DNA from: a virus
Direction: 5' to 3' (one strand)
DNA length: 64,000 nt
IMG/VR virus record: IMGVR_UViG_3300047476_000597
Span: 69,628 to 133,627 of that record
A model generated the notes under the pieces. It did no database searches. It was given only the letters and a program-made list of their open reading frames with translations, and was not told the origin of the DNA. Shown here piece after piece: positions 59,796 through 64,000 of this stretch (position 1 is the first letter of the stretch; every line of letters begins with the position of its first letter). The position numbers and the translations under genes were made by a program.

Positions 59796-60442
59796 TGACA
59801 GATAACAAACAACCATTTTGGAGCAAATTAGCTGGTAAAATACCTGATAGCATACTAACAGAGCTTACTACTATAGTTCCTTTGTTTGATATAGATGGGC
59901 CTAAGAGATTGTCTAATCTATTAGGACAAGCACACCATGAGTCAGGAGGTTTTAAACAGCTGTATGAGAATCTTAACTACTCGGCACAGAGTCTAGCAAA
60001 CACCTGGCCTACTAGATATGCTGTTGACTCAAAAGCAAAAGATAAAGTACCTAATGACCTAGCTAAGAAACTACAAAGAAAACCAGAAGCCATTGCCAAT
60101 AACTGTTATGCAAACAGAATAGGTAATGGTAATGAGACTTCTGGTGATGGTTGGTTGTACAGAGGTCGTGGGTATCTACAGACTACAGGAAAAGATAACT
60201 ACAAGGCACTAGGAAATTATCTGAAGATAGATCTCATAAAAAACCCAGACCTTGTAGCTACTATGTATCCATTAGCATCTGCAGCATTCTTTTTTATGAA
60301 TAACGTAAAATGGACTCTGTGTGACCAAGGTACTGATGCTATGACTATAGAACGTATTACTCGTAAGGTTAACGGAGGATTGCATGGTTTAGATGAGCGC
60401 ATTAAACACACGCAGCTGTATCATAAACTACTTACTGGATAA
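59795..60442 (+). CDS. GH19 (chitinase-like) endolysin
   Basis: LGQAHHESGGF..LYENLNYS, GDGWLYRGRGYLQTTGKDNY and ITRKVNGGLHGLDER motifs. Confidence 0.92.
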   Translation: MTDNKQPFWSKLAGKIPDSILTELTTIVPLFDIDGPKRLSNLLGQAHHESGGFKQLYENLNYSAQSLANTWPTRYAVDSKAKDKVPNDLAKKLQRKPEAIANNCYANRIGNGNETSGDGWLYRGRGYLQTTGKDNYKALGNYLKIDLIKNPDLVATMYPLASAAFFFMNNVKWTLCDQGTDAMTIERITRKVNGGLHGLDERIKHTQLYHKLLTG

Positions 60443-60451
60443 TAGTAGATA

Positions 60452-60793
60452 TTACTCTTCTATTACACTACATAGTTTTTTATATTCTCCTTTCCATATG
60501 GACAGTTGTCCATCGTTTCTGTTATCAATATACCTTACTATAATATCTCCATTTTCTTTAATACCGGCTACAAACGCTTCATCTTTAGTATTTTTTGATT
60601 CATTGTCCCAGATACATATTACATCTCTGTATCTAACAATAGGTTCTGTAATAGATACTCTAAACTTTTCAGGGTTTTCTTCTTTGTATTTTCTTGCATA
60701 TTCTTTTTGTTCTTTTTCATAGGCCTCTTGTCCTATTTCTTTTATTCTTGCGTCTCTGTCTTCATCGTAACAGTCTCTTGTAAATAGTCCCAT
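60452..60793 (-). CDS. Hypothetical protein
   Basis: 113-aa ORF ending the minus-strand cluster; A-rich leader. Confidence 0.65.
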   Translation of the reverse strand: MGLFTRDCYDEDRDARIKEIGQEAYEKEQKEYARKYKEENPEKFRVSITEPIVRYRDVICIWDNESKNTKDEAFVAGIKENGDIIVRYIDNRNDGQLSIWKGEYKKLCSVIEE

Positions 60794-60811
60794 ATTTTAT
60801 TGTTTTTATTG

Positions 60812-61273
60812 TTATAATATACCAATCCATTGCATAATCTTACGTAGTTCATTCTTACTCTTACACTCTCCCCAGAAGAGAGTATCTCCGAGTCCTTTCT
60901 GTAGTACAATACGTATCTGTCTAGTAGGATTATCTACAAGAAGAAATATCCTATCTTTATAGTCTCTAGCTGACATATTGTATCTACTAGTATTACCTTC
61001 TGTTATACCATCTATCCACCCTAACGACTCTATGTCTTCTCGGTCAAGGTATTTAGTTCTTACCCATCCTTGCTGTATATAATAGTTAGAAGGTTTACCG
61101 TAATATAACCCCCACTGATCCAGTATACTACATTCTTCTGGTTCTGTACCAGCAATATTTTTACTCCACTCACCTACCGATTCATAGTTTATTTTATTAC
61201 CATTAAACTCGTATTCATACCCTGGATATATATCTGCTGCATCAGGGGTATAGTATTTATTCTGTTGTTCCAT
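60812..61273 (-). CDS. Hypothetical protein of a family common in crAss-like phages
   Basis: KYYTP....GYEYE, RTKYLDREDIESLGW and FWGECKSKNELRKIM segments. Confidence 0.7.
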   Translation of the reverse strand: MEQQNKYYTPDAADIYPGYEYEFNGNKINYESVGEWSKNIAGTEPEECSILDQWGLYYGKPSNYYIQQGWVRTKYLDREDIESLGWIDGITEGNTSRYNMSARDYKDRIFLLVDNPTRQIRIVLQKGLGDTLFWGECKSKNELRKIMQWIGIL

Positions 61274-61454
61274 CTTTTAGTTTTTGTGGTCTATCAAGAA
61301 TATCCATCCATACAAAACTTAGATTAGCTCCTTTAAAAGGGTGGTTAAAACTTTGTACAATATCTCCGTCTTTTACTTCTTCTAGAAACTTACTATACTC
61401 TTCTTCTGTTATAGGATAGTTTAGCTCATGTACTTTTTTATTCTGTTGTTCCAT
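61257..61454 (-). CDS. 65-aa protein with a terminase Walker-B-like segment
   Basis: FKGANLSFVWMD; coupled to both neighbours. Confidence 0.6.
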   Translation of the reverse strand: MEQQNKKVHELNYPITEEEYSKFLEEVKDGDIVQSFNHPFKGANLSFVWMDILDRPQKLKDGTTE

Positions 61455-61684
61455 TATTCTAGTTTATTGTTTAGTTGGTTCATAATCTCTTTCCACACAT
61501 CTTTCTTTTCATACTCACACAGTACTTTACCACAGCTGGTTGTATACTCTATACAGTATAGATTGTTGTCTACCCATGATTGAATATTACAACCAGCTGC
61601 AGTGTTTATATGGCAGTGGAGTGTATCGTTTATATATACTTTTATGCGGTGATACAGTACTTTTACCTCTATCTTAGTTGGCAT
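61454..61684 (-). CDS. Hypothetical protein
   Basis: 76 aa, coupled stop/start. Confidence 0.6.
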   Translation of the reverse strand: MPTKIEVKVLYHRIKVYINDTLHCHINTAAGCNIQSWVDNNLYCIEYTTSCGKVLCEYEKKDVWKEIMNQLNNKLE

Positions 61685-61803
61685 CTTGTTCTTATTCTTT
61701 TGACCATTTTTCTACTCTTCTCTCTTAATATCCAACGGTACTGTTTCATCATTATATTATAACCTATCTGAAAAGGTAACATCATCTCTTCTAGTGTTTT
61801 CAT
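61669..61803 (-). CDS. 44-aa protein with a portal-like segment, absent from the ORF track
   Basis: Hand translation MKTLEEMMLPFQIGYNIMMKQYRWILREKSRKMVKRIRTRCQLR*; ATG overlaps the upstream TGA (ATGA) and fills the gap between neighbours. Confidence 0.7.
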   Translation of the reverse strand: MKTLEEMMLPFQIGYNIMMKQYRWILREKSRKMVKRIRTRCQLR

Positions 61804-61994
61804 TTGGATTTTATTATTACTTTTTGACTAGTTACATGTTTTACTACTTCTATAGCATATGCTTCCATTGCTTCTATGTAGCAGCTGTGCATACTACATA
61901 GTGGACAATCAGGTGCCGTTAACCCTCTATCTTTGTATGCTGGATCACAGTTACAGGATACATATTCTTCTAGTATTTCTTCAGCTGTTTTCAT
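61800..61994 (-). CDS. Small protein (MKTAEEIL...AMEAYA type) with CxC/CxxC
   Basis: 64 aa, ATGA-coupled on both sides. Confidence 0.65.
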   Translation of the reverse strand: MKTAEEILEEYVSCNCDPAYKDRGLTAPDCPLCSMHSCYIEAMEAYAIEVVKHVTSQKVIIKSK

Positions 61995-62557
61995 TGGTTT
62001 CTTCTATTTACTGTTATCTGGAACCACTCTTCTGCAGCTGGATTCTCTCTGCAGTATGTTACTATTTGTTCTTCTAGTTCTTTTATTCTTAATGCTTGAA
62101 TAAACAGCTGTGGTTTTGTTGTATCTATAGAGGATTTTTCTCGGTTTGCTTCTGATGACTCATGTAACAGGTATTCTTCAGCTTTTTTATCTGCTTCTGC
62201 ATTCCAGGGTATGTGCCTAGTGCTTTTTTCTAGTACTTCTTTAACAGAGTTGTTTTTTATTTCATAGTATTCTTCACTGAGTGGGTCTATTCTTCTTTCT
62301 TTTCCATTTTCATCTATATGTATCATACACTCTCCACAGATTAGTATATCATTGAACGTTTGATTTTCTATTTCTTTGACTGTATTATCTCCAGCTATTC
62401 TTTCTATTACCTTCCACATTTCTTCTTCGGAAGAGCTTGTTATTAGAGTTGCTATATCAGATATTGGTATACCATAAGATGTCACACCTTCTTTTACTAG
62501 TTTCTGTACTTTTTCTATTATCTCTTTTTGTTCTTTTGTCAATGTCGTTGTTACCAT
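61991..62557 (-). CDS. Hypothetical protein containing a portal-like segment
   Basis: Likely start 62557 (ATGGTAA overlap with the UDG-like stop); contains EIENQTFNDILICGECMIHI..RIDPL. Confidence 0.65.
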   Translation of the reverse strand: MVTTTLTKEQKEIIEKVQKLVKEGVTSYGIPISDIATLITSSSEEEMWKVIERIAGDNTVKEIENQTFNDILICGECMIHIDENGKERRIDPLSEEYYEIKNNSVKEVLEKSTRHIPWNAEADKKAEEYLLHESSEANREKSSIDTTKPQLFIQALRIKELEEQIVTYCRENPAAEEWFQITVNRRNQ

Positions 62558-63204
62558 ACTATGGGTGTTTGATTGTTTGCTTTTATCCACTCATTAGTTC
62601 TATTCCAGCAGTCTCTTGTATTGAGCTCTGGGTATGTACTAACATATATCTTTTTGTCTGTTTCTAGTAGATCTATTACGCTGGTTGTTCTAGTACCTAT
62701 GTGCATACATGGTATTTCTGGTTTAGCGGTATTCATCTTGTTTAGCATATAGGCTACAAACGGTTTCCATATCTTGTAGTGCGGTGTGCCGTACATTCTT
62801 GTTGTACATGACATTGGCATTATGAGTACTCCCTGATTACACCAGCTGCCTACATTCAGTGTTTCTCTTTTCTCTGGTAGTGACCCTAGCAGCTGTTTCT
62901 GGAGTTTACCCATGTTATTACTCTTATCATACAATGGTATACCGGTATTATTATTGAACAGGTTCTTATTGTCTGTATCCACTAACATTAGTACTGATAC
63001 ACTATCATATGGACACTCATACAACCACGAGAACATATCCTTTGCAGCTGGTACAAATTTCCCATTGAACACCCTGTCTTCATCTAGTGCTTCTATGATA
63101 CTCCTAAACTCAGGGCTTATCCACCACATCCACAGAGCATCAGACCAACCAGAAGGTTGTAATCTTTTTTTCAGTTCTTCTATTATTTTTTCTGTATTTA
63201 TCAT
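62551..63204 (-). CDS. Family-1 uracil-DNA glycosylase homolog with degenerate catalytic motifs
   Basis: ECPYDSVSVLM, WCNQGVLIM and HYKIWKPF match the UNG scaffold; GQDPY is replaced by VDTDN and HP by YP. Confidence 0.75.
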   Translation of the reverse strand: MINTEKIIEELKKRLQPSGWSDALWMWWISPEFRSIIEALDEDRVFNGKFVPAAKDMFSWLYECPYDSVSVLMLVDTDNKNLFNNNTGIPLYDKSNNMGKLQKQLLGSLPEKRETLNVGSWCNQGVLIMPMSCTTRMYGTPHYKIWKPFVAYMLNKMNTAKPEIPCMHIGTRTTSVIDLLETDKKIYVSTYPELNTRDCWNRTNEWIKANNQTPIVW

Positions 63205-63214
63205 TGGTTCTTAC

Positions 63215-63222
63215 TATTTTTG
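63215..63222 (+). promoter_or_regulatory. TATTTTTG (-7 box match) 4 nt before ATG 63227
   Basis: TAnnTTTG match in the divergent gap. Confidence 0.45.
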
Positions 63223-63226
63223 TACT

Positions 63227-63511
63227 ATGGATAACGCAAAGATACCGTATCTTAAGAAAGATGCAATAGTTTCAGTACAGATTGGCTCTGGTTTTCTAGA
63301 ACAGCTGTCTACTGTATACGCATATCTCACTGAGGGTATAACAAAAGAACAGGCTGATAGTATCAGTAATAAGCTAAAAGAAAAAAAGCCACTAGAGCTC
63401 AAAGAAGGAGCAATAGTGACTCTTAGTATGCTTATTAACAAGGTGTATGAACAGGCTAAAGAAACAGACCAGCTGATCTACAAAGACATTGAGACTCTAT
63501 TAGACAGCTAG
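63227..63511 (+). CDS. 94-aa hypothetical protein on the opposite strand of the accessory cluster
   Basis: MDNAKIPYLKKDAIVSVQIGSGF...; fits exactly between two minus-strand genes. Confidence 0.7.
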   Translation: MDNAKIPYLKKDAIVSVQIGSGFLEQLSTVYAYLTEGITKEQADSISNKLKEKKPLELKEGAIVTLSMLINKVYEQAKETDQLIYKDIETLLDS

Positions 63512-63512
63512 G

Positions 63513-63863
63513 CTACTGTTTATACTCGTACCTTCTCCATACAGGTTTTCCACCTCTTCTTTCTACTGTATTATCTGGTAGCCAGGAGAGGTATTTTTCT
63601 GGGTCGTTCTTGTCTGGTGGTTCTTGTGTTTCTATTGTTATTATCTCTCCCTTCATCTTGTATCCTACTTGTGCTTGCAGATTAATAACCTCTTCTAATG
63701 AGCCACACAGTTCTACACTACGTTCTTGTGTTTCTATAGGACCAGCTGCATGTAGCTGTATATCTTTTTGGTGTACCGTTATATAGTACGTATTATCTTC
63801 TCTTACAGTAATGGTACCACCTTTACCGTTATCCATTACTGTGGGTTGTCCTTTTATATGCAT
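63513..63863 (-). CDS. Hypothetical beta-rich protein, possibly OB-fold/SSB-like
   Basis: GEIITIETQEP..DPEK..GKPVWRR resembles a conserved crAss-like family recalled from memory; function uncertain. Confidence 0.5.
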   Translation of the reverse strand: MHIKGQPTVMDNGKGGTITVREDNTYYITVHQKDIQLHAAGPIETQERSVELCGSLEEVINLQAQVGYKMKGEIITIETQEPPDKNDPEKYLSWLPDNTVERRGGKPVWRRYEYKQ

Positions 63864-63874
63864 TTTTATATTGT

Positions 63875-64000
63875 TTACTCATCATCTTCTAACCAGCATA
63901 TATCAGGAGTAGGATCTTCTTCGTCTTCTTCATCTTCGTAGTCAATATCATCTATCGTTGGTATCCCTTTTATCTTTTCTCTGTACTCATTAACTGGTTT
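63875..64000 (-). CDS. 3' end of a gene with an acidic C-terminus (partial)
   Basis: KPVNEYREKIKGIPTIDDIDYEDEEDEEDPTPDICWLEDDE*, open to the window edge. Confidence 0.55.
   Translation of the reverse strand, partial: KPVNEYREKIKGIPTIDDIDYEDEEDEEDPTPDICWLEDDE

Noticed and set aside
257-60411. Many short minus-strand and alternate-frame ORFs within the structural genes
   Set aside because: Shadows of long plus-strand genes; no motifs, leaders or coupling.
60393-60722. Plus-strand hydrophobic ORF after the endolysin as a possible holin
   Set aside because: Antisense shadow of the A-rich gene 60452..60793; no leader.
62912-63226. N-terminal 105 aa of the track ORF 62912..63511
   Set aside because: Antisense to the UDG-like gene; ATG 63227 with an adjacent promoter box is the better start.
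1-64000. Stop-codon reassignment (TAG or TGA), known in some crAss-like phages
   Set aside because: ORFs up to 4557 aa are intact in the standard code, and TAG (7321, 63511) and TGA (18109, 25773) end genes at sensible boundaries.
1-64000. CRISPR arrays, tRNAs, rRNA, DGR repeats, integrase or transposase
   Set aside because: None recognised; intergenic gaps are at most about 110 nt and are explained by promoters and terminators. A covariance-model scan was not possible.

Overview
This is a 64-kb piece of an AT-rich crAss-like (Crassvirales-type) phage genome, probably infecting a Bacteroidota host and using the standard genetic code. Positions 1-60442 (+ strand) hold the virion module: a glycosyltransferase and FkbM pair, intein-interrupted TerL, portal, scaffold-like protein, major capsid, ring proteins, fibre and SPRY genes, holin/spanin-like genes, auxiliary capsid, a Cys-rich/FN3 cluster, an HU/IHF-like gene, muzzle, a Dps-like gene, two cargo proteins punctuated by xxxGG motifs, three large ejected proteins including a 4557-aa virion RNA polymerase (DFDID), and a GH19 endolysin. 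From 60452 a cluster of small, mostly minus-strand accessory genes and a degenerate uracil-DNA glycosylase converges on this module. The most striking observation is in that cluster: mini-genes carry peptide segments resembling the portal protein (one 8/10 identical to this phage's own portal) and possibly a terminase Walker B, suggesting decoys against portal/terminase-sensing immunity. Other signals are a recurrent TATCTTTAA promoter-like motif, strong CAGCTG enrichment with AATT/AAGT/ACTT avoidance, and GG-delimited cargo modules. All family calls come from motif recognition and gene order, not database searches.
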